64,000 bases of DNA from Zootoca vivipara (taxonomy: Eukaryota), in the NCBI RefSeq assembly GCF_963506605.1, contig NC_083276.1, positions 72,974,001 to 73,038,000 of the forward strand, given 5' to 3'. The notes beneath the pieces were generated by a model, which saw only the letters and a list, made by a program, of their open reading frames with translations, had not been told where the DNA came from and made no database searches. The position numbers were made by a program, and so were the translations under genes. Positions 13,800 through 26,075 of the stretch are shown in pieces; positions within the stretch are counted from its first letter, which is position 1; each line of letters begins with the position of its first letter.

Positions 13800-15258
13800 T
13801 ATAGTTCTATCTTCTGAACAGAAAGGAAACCCTAATCTGTCCCATAAATGGTAACAGAATGGGTGAAATGTAGTGTCTACAAGCCCAGAGTTGAGCAAAT
13901 GAGGCAAAGAGAGGCAAGAATTACCTGGAGAAGGGGGAGAGCTGGGAGATGGCTGCTCTGTAGAAAAGGATGACCAGGAATGCTGTCGGACTGAGTGAAC
14001 AGGTGACAGGAGGGGTAGGGGAGACAGTGCACAGAACACCGAAAAAGAAAGGAAGAAAGTCAAGAGAGGCAGTAATGCAATCCAAGCCAAAATTGCATCA
14101 GTTAATCTTTAAGCAACAGGAAAACAGGTATTAAAAATATTTCTTGCAAGTAAGGCACATGACCAATATGTTTCTCTTCCTTATAATTTAAAACTACTCT
14201 AATACACGTTGAGCCTTCTTGCATTTTTGAACATTAGGTAAGTAATATCATTATGACTTCTTAAATATTTCTCTCATGTCCTTGGCTATTTCACCTTATT
14301 CACTTTTCCATTCCAACCCCCCTCATTTCCCCCCTACATGGGTACTGTATTATCCTAGAGAACGAGAATAGAAAAGGCCTCCTATAATTTCAGTAACCTC
14401 TACTATGGAAGGTATATAGACATTTTGTCCCACTACACTTATGTTAAGGGGAAACTTTGTAAGCCTCCTTAAATTTTGGGAGAAATGTGGAAGAGAAATG
14501 TGTGAAGATACATTCAGAATAGATGTTTTCTACAGATAAACAATGGGTAAGATTTCACAACAGGTTAGAAATCAAACTTCATCACAGATTCAGATTGATT
14601 CATCGGACTAAGCAGGTTTGAGATTTTAGCCACAGCAAGATCTGCAAATGTTTAAGGCTTCTTAATAAAGTGTTGCTTATTTAATAGGTTTTTAAAACTT
14701 ACCAGCTGCTTATAACTTTAGTCACTGATTTTATGGCTGAGTTATACTTTATGCACTTGAGTAAAACAAAGTAACCCACAGATTTTAATTTAAATAAATA
14801 ATTTACTCCTTATTTTTTTGGGGGGGGGGAGCTTCCATGTATTCTTTGCTTAAACACAACCAGAGCCCATCTTTAAAAGAATAAATAGGTGAATTATTCT
14901 ATGTCTAATTTAGTTATTTTAATATAATATAATTTCAAGTTTCAGCTAACCTCGATGTCCTATACATTATCCAGTAAACATCTTAAGGACATTATCCTGT
15001 AAACATTAAGTTCTTTTAGGTCTTACTGGGAATTCAGTGGGAAAATTTAACCACATTCTTAACTATATCCCATTGTAACTTGAGATTTAAAAGTGATACA
15101 TCTATGATGAATCATGCCCTAAATCTCCCAACCCCCTCCCGCCATTATAAAAATATGACTAAAGTTTTGAACCTTTTTTAAAATAAGGAAAATATTTGTT
15201 GCAGTTAGGAATTCAAGAAATGTAATGAGCTGAGATTCTTAGGCTGCCATTCTCTGCA

Positions 15259-15343
15259 AACAGGTATCTGAAGAAGTGTGCATGCACACGAAAGCTCATA
15301 CCAATAACAAACTTGGTTGGTCTCTAAGGTGCTACTGGAAGGA
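15259..15343 (+). mobile_element. Penelope-like element fragment inserted in an old palindromic repeat
   Basis: TSD ATTCTCTGCA (15249-58 / 15344-53); contains the hammerhead motif and the ...ctctaaggtgctactggaaggaat end. Confidence 0.8.
15263..15302 (+). ncRNA. Minimal type-I hammerhead ribozyme motif (Penelope-type)
   Basis: GGTAT-CTGAAGA-A-GTGTGC-AT-GCACAC-GAAA-GC-TC^ATACC: stem I GGTAT/ATACC, CUGANGA box, stem II, GAAA, palindromic AGCT in place of stem III, UH site at 15296-15297. Confidence 0.8.
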
Positions 15344-17480
15344 ATTCTCTGCACACTTACCTAGGAGTAAGCCCTATTGAATCCATTTAGACTTATTGTC
15401 AAGTAAACATGCATGAGCTTGCACTGCATATTTTTTTTATTGCAGACTTCAAATAAAAATATAAAACAATGGGATTCACATGTCATCCTAATCAGTTATA
15501 AATGAGCAAGTGAAGAAAGAAAATAAATGGCACCGAGTAAAGACAGTGGATTAACTCATTTGCTATAATGCAATTATGGGAGACAATGTTAAGAGTATAT
15601 CATGTAATTAAACAGGATTTTTTTATTTTAAAAAATCCTACTTTTCTTCATTACTAATTGAATAATTTGTCCCACTTCAATTGCAGAATGTTAGCAGAAA
15701 TGTAGCATAGCCAATGGCCTGTGGGAGCATAAGGAAAGCACTGCAAGCAATGTTAAGTTTTCAATGTCTGGCATGCTGTAGGAAAATACAAATTTCCTTA
15801 ACTTACCAAAAAATTTAAACATTCCTTTTTGTCCTGTACACTTGTAAGAGTTTTGAGAGAAGAAAACAGAGGGAGGAGGAGGAAAAAGGAGAATAGATGT
15901 CAGAAGGAAAAGGAAACCTTTGTTTCCAAACGGGAGTTAGTACCTGCTTATAGATTATGTTGCCCTTCAAATGGTGAAAGTCACAGTTAAAGGTTAATGT
16001 CACTTGGGCATAGAAAGCAGTGAAAGAAAGCTTCAGCATCTTTTGTACTACATAACCTATTGAGAAACCAAGAACTGCATGTGAACTTTCTACCTGATAT
16101 GCATTCCAATGTGGTATTCCCCATTGATATTTGCTCTCTACAGCACTTTAAAAAATAAAAAATGAAATTTACTTGGAAGAACACTTGGCAAACAAGCTCT
16201 CAAAGGAAAGGGACGTGAGCTCTAAAAATTCCCATGTGTGAGTAGCAGGTATATAGAAGGACACAGTAGTGCTTTCCTGGAATGCTTATGATCTGTGCAA
16301 GTATTTTTTCATCTGTTCAGAATCATTTTTTTAAAAGATGTTGCAGAAAGCTAACAAGAAAAATCAGATTATTCTTCTACAAATGGAGGCTACCCAGAAG
16401 ACCCATGCAGAACAGAAGGCAACTTAACAGTGAATAAGTAGCCTCTGGACCCTAGAAGGATATGTACTGTCATACTGTTAATTATAATAATACATATAAA
16501 TAAATCAGTCTAAACAGAGATAAAGATTAAGGCTTTGGCTTAGTTAAACATTTTAGTTTCCTTTTCCTCAGTATCACAGTTCAGATTTCAAATAATAAAT
16601 GCTGGAAACTGGGTGGTGGGGGGGAGGAACTAAGGAAAGTGTTGAGAGGTTTCTTTAAAAATAAATAAATAAAAATAATCAAAGCGCTAGATAGATGTTA
16701 AGAAAGCTGCTAATCTTCCAGATTATGGTCAGGAGGTGTTAGGGTGTTAAGTATATAGATCCAGAAATTATCTTTCTAAAATCCCTGGATAAAATGGTTT
16801 CTCTATAGGAAATATTTACAAGTCAAGAGTAAAATATTTTGAAACAGACTCTTCAAAGGTACTCACTCATACACACGTAGGTACACTCTGTCTCAACAGC
16901 ATTGAAACTTGTGGGCAGTAAAGCAGAACAGCCTCTTATAAACTTTCTTGGCTATAAATTTCTTCAGGGCTCAGGTATTCATTAGGCTATTTGGTCTAGT
17001 TAAATGACAGCTCCTTATTTTAGGGTATAATCCAAACCCCAACAAGGAAGCAGTGAGGCTTGTCAAAGCAGTGGGTCAAGCACTATATCTGCAGTTCCTG
17101 CCACTCATGCTGGCTGGTGGGGCGGGGGAAGATGAAAAATAGGCAAATCACTGCGCCAGCCTGGAATGGGGTCCAAATTGGGCCTGATGACAATAATGGG
17201 ATGGCTTGAGATCCAGCAGATCAAGGGCCAGCTCAGTCTTTCCCTCCCCTGCCTCCAGAATCAGGTTTCAGGTTTTTCCATTGGCTGCCAGCTGCAGAGA
17301 TCTGGCTGGTGGAACTTCCGCTCTACCCTGGCAGAGTGATGCAGACTTCACAGCACAGGAGGCGACCAGCAGAGGGAAATCTCTGGCCAGCCCCAGCGTC
17401 TGGCCTTACCCCTAGGCTGGCACAAAGGGGCTTTTAGATTGCCATGTTAAGTTTATGCAAATTCTAACCGAAATTCTTAC

Positions 17481-17622
17481 CAGAATTTTCATTTGAGTCC
17501 AAGTAGTTTTCAGATTTCCGATCTTCCATCACATGGTCAAATGTGATTTGTGGAACTGCTAACATTTTGTCAGGAGAAGAAGGTCCATTATCTTTTTCTG
17601 TCTTAACTTTCTTCTTTTTTAC
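17481..17622 (-). CDS. KCNQ1: KCNQ1 exon 10, 142 nt: VKKKKVKTEKDNGPSSPDKMLAVPQITFDHVMEDRKSENYLDSNENS; helix A-B linker
   Basis: Inside ORF 17464..17724(-); acceptor ctctcag|GTA, donor TCTG|gtaaga; VKKKK..KDNG and KML.VP.IT motifs as in mammalian KCNQ1. Confidence 0.93.
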
Positions 17623-18023
17623 CTGAGAGGAATACATTTTAAAATCTTCTTTTAAAAAAAAACAAAACAAAAACTGACTGCATGAACAATGAGCTAAGCT
17701 AAAGATGTAATTAATGCAACGCAAGAAATTAATTTATATTACAAGTAACCGAGGGGAAATAAAATTACGTTTTTTTTATAAAATTACAATTTTACCTTTA
17801 CTTTTATGAACAGGATGTGAGGAGGAGAGGGGGAAATCACTCTAGCAGGCAAGCAGAAATGTTTGTACTGATGAAGCTATCTCCTAATGTTGAATTCCTA
17901 ATGTTGTATTCCTCCCAGAGTCCATCACTCCATAATTACATTTCTCCACTTGCGTTCCTTTTATTATAACCACTGACTTCTTAGTCAATGCCATAGTCTA
18001 TGAAGGAAGTCCTCAAGAGGATA

Positions 18024-18433
18024 CAGTGGTACCTCTTGTTACAAACGCGTCAGGTTACAAACGCTTCAGGTTACAGACTCCGCTAACTCAGAAATAGTAC
18101 CTCGGATTAAGAACATTGCTTCAAGATGAGAACAGAAATTGTGCCTTGGCAGCGCGGCGGCATCAGGAGGCCCCATGAATCATAGAATTGAAAGAGACCA
18201 CAAGGGCCACGCAGTCCAACCCCCTGCCAAGCAGGAAACACCATCTAAGCATTCCTGACATATGGCTGTCAAGCCTCTGCTTAAAGACCTCCAAAGGAGG
18301 AGACTCCACCACACTCCTTGGCAGCAAATTCCACTGTCGAACATGAGCTAAAGTGATGCTTCAGGTTAAGAACAGTTTCAGGTTAAAAACGGACCTCCAG
18401 AATGAATTGAGTTCTTAACCAGAGGTACCACTG
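18024..18433. mobile_element. Tc1/mariner-type MITE interrupted by a CR1 3' fragment
   Basis: TA|CAGTGGTACCTC ... GAGGTACCACTG|TA; insert at 18179-18341. Confidence 0.85.
18179..18341 (-). mobile_element. CR1 LINE 3' end nested in a MITE
   Basis: atcatagaattg = reverse complement of the CR1 (ATTCTATG)n tail; 5-bp TSD CATGA (18174-78 / 18342-46). Confidence 0.75.
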
Positions 18434-18589
18434 TAGAATTCTACCTCCATTCCTGTTTGTCACTGAAACAAAATTCAGGAGACAAAGTCTGTTCCTCTCC
18501 CACATGATTGGTGTAGAGGAAGAAAACTGCACAACACTCAACACAGCTTCCTGGAGCTTCCTGCCAGCTAGTCAGGCTGGTCCAATCAC

Positions 18590-19030
18590 CTATATGGGAC
18601 CCTCGTACCTACGGGACCGCCTCTCCTGGTATGCCCCGCGGAGGACCTTAAGGTCCACAAACAACAATACTCTGGAGATCCCGAGCCATAAGGTGGCTAG
18701 ATTGGCCTCTACTAGGGCCAGGGCCTTTTTAGTATTGGCCCCAACTTGGTGGAACACTCTTTCACAGGAGACCAGGACCCTGCAGGATTTGTCATCTTTC
18801 CGCAGGGCCTGCAAGACAGAGCTGTTCCGCCTGTCCTTTGGGCTGGACTTAGTCTGACCCCTGTGTTTTCCTCCCTCATGGCTTGGATTTATGGACTACT
18901 TAAAATGAGGCTGCATTTTAAATTTTAATACTGTATTTTAATTAATTGCTTTTTATGTTTTATTGTAATTTTATTGGTGTGAGCTGCCCTGAGCCCGGTT
19001 TTGACTGGGGAGGGCGGGGTATAAATAAAA

Positions 19031-19068
<38 letters not shown>
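18590..19068 (+). mobile_element. L2-type LINE 3' end with (ATT)n tail
   Basis: ORF tail GPSYLRDRLSWYAPRRTLRS...APTWWNTL...FRRACKTELF, AT-rich 3'UTR, terminal stem-loop, (ATT)n at ~19033-19068. Confidence 0.85.
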
Positions 19069-19072
<4 letters not shown>

Positions 19073-19658
19073 CATGGCTGTGTGTGATAACATATCAGAC
19101 CCGCTGAGTTGCACCCACATGCATGATGTCACACACATGCCCCCCCCCAACCCGCCAGGCCAACTTAGCCCGCCACCCCCACTTGCCTTGCCTTTGTGAA
19201 AGGGACTCAGTGGGACCAAGATGATTTGCACTGGTGTGTCCCTGGTGGAGACCGACACAGCACTTTCCTGGAAGGCCCCCTGGCAATTGTCAAAGGAACG
19301 TGCCAGGAAGAAGACACTTTGCCCTGGCGTGTCCCTTTGCTGATCGCTGTGGAATTTTGGGGGGATTGGGGAGCCTTAGCCCCCCCAGCCCACCTAGATG
19401 GAGCCCCCTGTATCATATGAAGAATATCCTGTTATGCAAATATTGGTTGATATTCAATTTTTGCCATAGTCAGAATAAGCCTATTGATTTCAGTGAGTTT
19501 GCCCTGAGTATGACTAACGTTGAATATCACATTTTCAAGAAAGGCTATTTTGTGTTGGGAAAGCATATTCTATGGGAAAGCATTCATTTCAATCTATTTT
19601 TAAACATTAATGTGTCAAAATGCCCAAGGGAAATGGAAATGTAGTTCCTTACCGACAC

Positions 19659-19781
19659 CATTGCAATTTTCTTTGGCTTGGGACTAGGAGACATCAAGTG
19701 ATAATTTCTGGACGGTTTTTTAATATATATTTTCCATGTAGAAGAGTCTGGGTTTTCTGATGCATAGCACCTCCAGGCAGT
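19659..19781 (-). CDS. KCNQ1: KCNQ1 exon 9, 123 nt (129 nt to 19653 if the downstream donor is used): [41 protein letters not shown][VS]
   Basis: Acceptor gttttag|ACT; two in-frame donors, ATG|gtgtcg (orthologous length) and TCG|gtaagg. The 3' boundary is uncertain. Confidence 0.93.
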
Positions 19782-20103
19782 CTAAAACATTAGTTAGATG
19801 AATTAAAAAATATTTATGAATCAACAGAAAACCAACATTAATTTATAAACGGCAACCTTTTTTAATCTATGAACATTTGTCTAAATTAGGGATAGTGGAA
19901 AATTCAAAATTAGGGAGTGGGGGAAGAGATCTTAGTTCAGAAAACTCATGCTAATTATGAGGCAAGTTAATCCTCAATTCAGAATGGGTCAAAAGTTAAA
20001 ACAGATTATGGTAGTTTCAAACATTTGCTGGACTTTCTTCAATTTAATCTACTTTAGCTGGCATCATTCCAAAAGATAACAAAAAAATAAAATAGGCTTC
20101 TTA

Positions 20104-20145
20104 CAAACAAACAAACAAACAAACAAACAAACAAACAAACAAACA
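20104..20145. repeat. (AAAC)n microsatellite
   Basis: Direct reading. Confidence 0.95.
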
Positions 20146-20170
20146 CCAAAAAGAGAAAAAGTCCAACCTA

Positions 20171-20386
<216 letters not shown>

Positions 20387-20646
20387 TTAAAATTAATTTC
20401 AAGTAAATTCTGCTTGAATGGTATTTGCCCGAAATCTGAGATCGTCCCAGATTTCTTCTGGCTGGTTCTACTTGAGCTCCCACATTTTCCGTATTTCCAT
20501 ATTTTCCATTATACTGGAACCACATATTTTTGGACTTTTACTTTCTGTCACACTTTTAAAGAGGTTGTATGGTACACAGGCACTACAGTGGGCAGTTACC
20601 TACATTAAAAGTTTGTGTTGTTTTTGCACATGGTTATTTTACATAG

Positions 20647-20700
20647 AGCGAGATGAGCGCCGCAACCCCAGAGTCGGACATGACTGGACCCTTTACCTTT
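20647..20700 (+). mobile_element. Sauria SINE 3' fragment
   Basis: agcgagatgagcgccgcaaccccagagtcggacatgactggac...ccctttaccttt. Confidence 0.75.
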
Positions 20701-20932
20701 TTATTTTACATATGCCGATACTAATTGTTTACGCAACAATAGCAGACTACAAAACTCACAATGCAACATGCTTATGATAAAAGCATGGATGCATAAATAT
20801 CCAGGGCTTGTGTGTAACTATTGGAAAAAAAGTATGGTAGCCCCCAACAGTATTGGGCAGAATCTAACCAGCCAGAATCTAAACACCCAAGCACAGAAAT
20901 TCATCACTTTGGCAGTGATAAATAGTTGCTCA

Positions 20933-21187
<255 letters not shown>

Positions 21188-22588
21188 TTATCACATTATT
21201 CGCACATAACTTTATTGATATTCCAATTTGCTTTGAGACTGTAACCGAGTGATGATAATTGTCATACGTTGTAACAAACACATGTTTTTTTAATTACTCT
21301 GAACATGCCATTCGTTCCCCCATGCAATCAGAAGAGCATGGTAAGGTCAGGTCTTTGAAGGACCAAGAGTGACTTCTACAGGCAATGCTTTCTATGGAGA
21401 CCAGATCTACTGCCACTGTGGATCCTTCTGCCTAAAGTGGTTGCCTCACCTTGCCTCATGGGTGGCTCTGCATTATTGCCTCTCTGACCTATGTATATAC
21501 AAACTATTAAACCTCGTTAAGTATTTGGGTTTCCTCCGGTACTTATTTTCAGAGAGTTTGAAAAGCCGTGTTGTCATCAGAACACTAAGGAACTAGGAGT
21601 CTGTCTTCCTAGCACACCGGAGGCCTTAATAAACTCTCTCTGTTTTCTAAAGGCATGCTTTTAGCCCTCATTATTAAGTATTCATTCATTAATAATTACA
21701 TCTATACCCCATCTTTTCTCCAAGGAGCTTAAAACAGTGTATCTCGGTGCATGAAAATCAGAAAGATTTTGCAAAACAGTAGTCAGAAAACCAGTTCCTG
21801 TTCCTGTCTTCTTTACCTATCTCTATGGTAGCTAAACATACCAGGCATTCCTTCCCGTTTTCTTCTTTACTAGGAACACCTCCAACAAAATATTTCAGAT
21901 TCTGCACTTTAGGTACTAGCAGCTAATTTGTGTAATTAAAAATCTTTGCATTACTCTTGTGCCGCAGCTATTTTGTATATTTTCACAAACATCTGCATAC
22001 ATAAGAAACCTATCCTTCTAGTGTAGTGCATTGAAGAAACTTATAATAGTAAAACAGTCTTTAATTCACGAGAAAGAAAAGAAGGCAGGAAATTGAATTA
22101 CAACATAGCTCATGTTAACATGCTGTAAATTCAAAGCCTTAATTTAGGCCTTTATGACTTTGGAAAACTTTACAGTACATGAGGTTTCAGGGCTATGGGC
22201 AGCTTGCCCAAATCCCACTCTTCTCTTTGGGAAAACCATACCAGCCCAAGTAAAAACAAACTTTACATTGATAATTTTATTTATAACCAAAGAAGGTATT
22301 TCCTAATGCATGGGTACTATACATTAAGAAAGCAGAAGGAAGGGTGAAAAATGCCACATGAAACAACTATATATTTTCAAGTATTATAGTGATCCAATGA
22401 TGTCAAAAGGAAAAGGGGCAGATCTAAAGTCAGTAGCTGATCCCTGCAATATTATGATACCCCGATTCACATTATATTTCATTAGAGGGTGTGTGGAAAC
22501 TAATATGAAATGAAAATCAGACACCCGAGAAGAATGTTTTTAAGGAGAGGATGGTCACAGCATTTGTACTGCAGACCAAAGTTTATAT

Positions 22589-22678
22589 CATAGCTGCCAA
22601 GTTCTCCCCTTTTTAAAGGGAAATTCCCTTATGCTGAATAGGCTTCCTCGTGAGAAAAGGGAAAACTTGGCAGCTGTG
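22589..22678. mobile_element. 90-bp hAT-type MITE (CATAGCTG TIR family)
   Basis: TIRs CATAGCTGCCAAGTT / AACTTGGCAGCTGTG; perfect 8-bp TSD GTTTATAT. Confidence 0.9.
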
Positions 22679-23407
22679 GTTTATATAGATTGCAGTAAGT
22701 GATGACTAAATGTAAGACAGGCTTTATTCAAGACCTTACAGAAATAATGGAGTCCATTTCAGCAACAAAAGCAGATGAGAGTATTCAGATGCCCAGAATG
22801 TTTTCTTTCTTTTTCCAATAATATTTTCACACACAAAAAAAAAACTGCACAGGTGTACTAAGCCCTGTGTTTTTAGAGGAAAAGCTGAGAAAATACAAGT
22901 AGCAGCAGTACTTTTGGATATTCTTTTTTTTATCAGCACATACAAGAAGGGCCATTCTAAATGTATAAAAAAAATCCTTGTGCATGTGTCTAGATTTCTA
23001 TACAATAAATAATATATCCTTTAAAAATAGGATGACAGACAATCTTGCACAAAATATCTGAAACTGATTGTATTATCCAGTATTTAAAATAAGCAGTAAC
23101 ATCACTAACATTATCACAAATGATTCTTGGAATTGAAGGATTTGCATTTGGATAACAACATCAGTTTAAACCACTGCTTTGAAAAGAAATTCGCTGCTCA
23201 TTATTGTGAATGAGAAGAAGAGATTATTTCAACTTCCCACCAAATTTCCAATTTTTCATGTTAGGCTTTGGAAAAACGCTGAAGCAGAAAGGACAGTAGC
23301 GCTGCATGCAGGAATCCCCAGCTTCAGTCCATGGTACCTCCAGTTAAACAAATTAGAAAACAAGTAGTAAGATAAACCACTTCCTGAGACTGTGGACACT
23401 CACACAC

Positions 23408-23469
23408 AGAGAGAAAGAGAAAGAGAGAGAGAGAGAGAGGGAGAGAGAGAGAGGGAGAGGGAGAGAGAG
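23408..23469. repeat. (AG)n/GA-rich microsatellite
   Basis: Direct reading. Confidence 0.9.
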
Positions 23470-25204
23470 TCCCCCGTCCCAATTTTGTTCAGGTCTTAAT
23501 CCATGCCTACATTAAAAACATAGCAATTACGGTATCTTGTTCAGGAACATGTCCTGAACAAGCAGGTATAACAAAAGGTAGCAGCAATGTCAAAGACTCC
23601 ATTGCACAATTCTCTTCCATCCTCTTGCACCATTTTGTGTCAATTACAATGGGGCTGGGACAGATTGTGGACTGTCCCAACAGCAGAGAATTGGCCTGTT
23701 TCTTTACAATTCACTTCAGTAAGCTGAGCTATCATAATACAAAGTTACCTTCAAGCCCAACACAAACAGTTGTGAAATCTGTAAGCATGTTTTATTTACA
23801 TAATACGGTGGGGGGGGGCTGTACAGAATAAGTTATTTGCTCCTGAAAGCCACTTTATTACAAAACTAGAATTGTAAAAAAATAAAAGGGAGAGAATATT
23901 TGAATAGGTTTGTTTGGTCAGCTGGATAGTTTTACAACACTATTATTCACAGAAGGATGTATTAGCTCTTCCAACAGCTTTGGAGCCAAGCATTCAGCAT
24001 TGTTGAAAAGTTTATGGTATCATTTTCCAGCAAAGGCCAGTATAGTTGAAAGTTATAAGAACATAACTCACAAAGAACAATGACAGTCAGATGAAAAGCC
24101 ACCCATGAGACTAGGATGATGTGTAAACAAATAATTATGTTGTTTCATTAAAATGTTATAGCCTCGTTGGTGGGCTTTCATTGGCATGCAGACATATCCT
24201 AAGTCAATATGACAAAGAACCTTGTAACACATTCCGTTTACTGAGGCATAAACCTTTGTATACTACAAACTTATTATATAACTTGGACCCTAACCTATAA
24301 TTACTCTAAGCATATTTTGAGGTGCCATGATACCCTTTTTTCTATAGTAAACTAACACAGTTTTTTTGTTTGTTTTTTAATGTTTAATTCTTTGGAATTT
24401 GTCCCTTAGTAAATATATAAGAAGCTTGATTAAAGGAATTTTTAAAAATGCTTTGAGGGCGTTGTTGTTTTTTTAAAAAAAACAACCAATCAAATGGTAT
24501 ATAATTTTTATTAAATAAATACATAAATGTCAATAATGGACAGTTGTAATAGCTGCACCAAATTCTGTGGGTCATGACTAGAATGGATTGTACGGTAAGG
24601 TAGATACAGGCTAGTCACAGATAGATACTGTAAGCAATTTTAGAAACATAAAATTTAAGGTTTAATATAGACCCTGTACTAACTTTGAGATCAGCTTCTG
24701 AGGCCCTGCTTCCTTGCCCATCAGTACAAACATTAGTTTTGGGGGTACAAGGGATAGGGTCTTCTCTCAGAGTGGTCTCACATTTGTGGAGTCCCCCCTC
24801 TGAGGAGGTTTGTATGGCCTTATCATTCCTAACATTCCAATCCCTTTATATGGTGTTTATTGACCTGACCCAGCCTTCGACACTGTAAATCATACTGCCC
24901 TGTGGACTGTCCTTCTGAAAATCGGCTGCCCAGATAAATTTGTGAACATATTAGGCTCCTCCATGATAATATGGTGGCAACAATGGCTCTCAAAGTGAAC
25001 CATTCACGGTGGGATCAGGCAATAAATGGATGTGTTATCGCCCCAATTCTATTTACCGGTATTATCTTCATCGCCATGACCCTACAAATTGTCAAAGGGA
25101 AACGCCCCAATGAGGTAGAAATCATATACTGAACAGAGTAGGCTGTTTAATCTGAGTAGGCTGAAAGCAAATAGTAAGGTTACCATAACTTCCATCATAG
25201 AGCT

Positions 25205-25236
25205 AGTTACAGGTACTGGAAGGAATTTTTTTTTAA
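25205..25236 (+). mobile_element. 32-nt Penelope-like mini-insertion (duplicated at 25973-26004)
   Basis: agttacaggta+ctggaaggaattttttttt flanked by 15-bp TSD TTCCATCATAGAGCT / TTCCATCTTAGAGCT. Confidence 0.7.
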
Positions 25237-26075
25237 TTCCATCTTAGAGCTTCAGTATGCTGGTGACAATGTAGTGTGTGCACACTCAGAGGATGACCTC
25301 CAAACCATCTATATATATAAAATGGAAGTGTCCCTGCGTCCACGTTTTCCCGTGTGTCCCTGGGCTACTGCGCATGGGCCCCAGGGACACAGGGATTGGA
25401 CAGCAGAGACTGCACGCGCTCTCTCTCCCCCCCTCTGCCTCTAGATACATTTTTATTTCAACCCACATTCAATTAATTACTGTGTTTTTATTAATTGTGA
25501 CTGCACTTTATAAAAAAGTGCACTGTAGAGTTTTAATCTGTGTTTTTTGCACTATTATTGTATTGTTTTTTATTTCATGTACAGTGTTTTTGTGAAGTCA
25601 ATCTGTAGACTGTAATGTTGCTTAAAAACACTTAAAAGAAAAACTTATTCATTTATTCTCCACCTTTCAAAGTATTTTCCCCAAGCCAGCTTATACTATC
25701 AGCAAAACAGCAGCATCAGTAACAACAAAACAATTTAAAAGGACCATCTGTCTAAAAAAAGAAACAGAAATCTAACAGCAAATTGTTCCAGAGCAAAAGG
25801 GTCGGGGAAAATGCTTGGTGGACTGGTTCTGGAGTAAAATTGTTGTGCCAAATCTCACAAGTAACTGTCAAGAGAAAAGTCATATTAACACTGGGTTCCA
25901 AGCATGTTGCCTGTTTAATCTGAGTAGGCTGAAAGCAAATAGTAAGGTTACCATAACTTCCATCATAGAGCTAGTTACAGGTACTGGAAGGAATTTTTTT
26001 TTAATTCCATCTTAGAGCTTCAGTATGCTGGTGACAATGTAGTGTGTGCACACTCAGAGGATGACCTCCAAACCA

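Noticed and set aside
1-17480. KvDMR1/KCNQ1OT1 imprinting CpG island ('intron 10' in the older literature)
   Set aside because: No CpG island is present apart from MITEs. In current exon numbering the mammalian DMR lies in the following intron, outside this window, and imprinting is not expected in reptiles.
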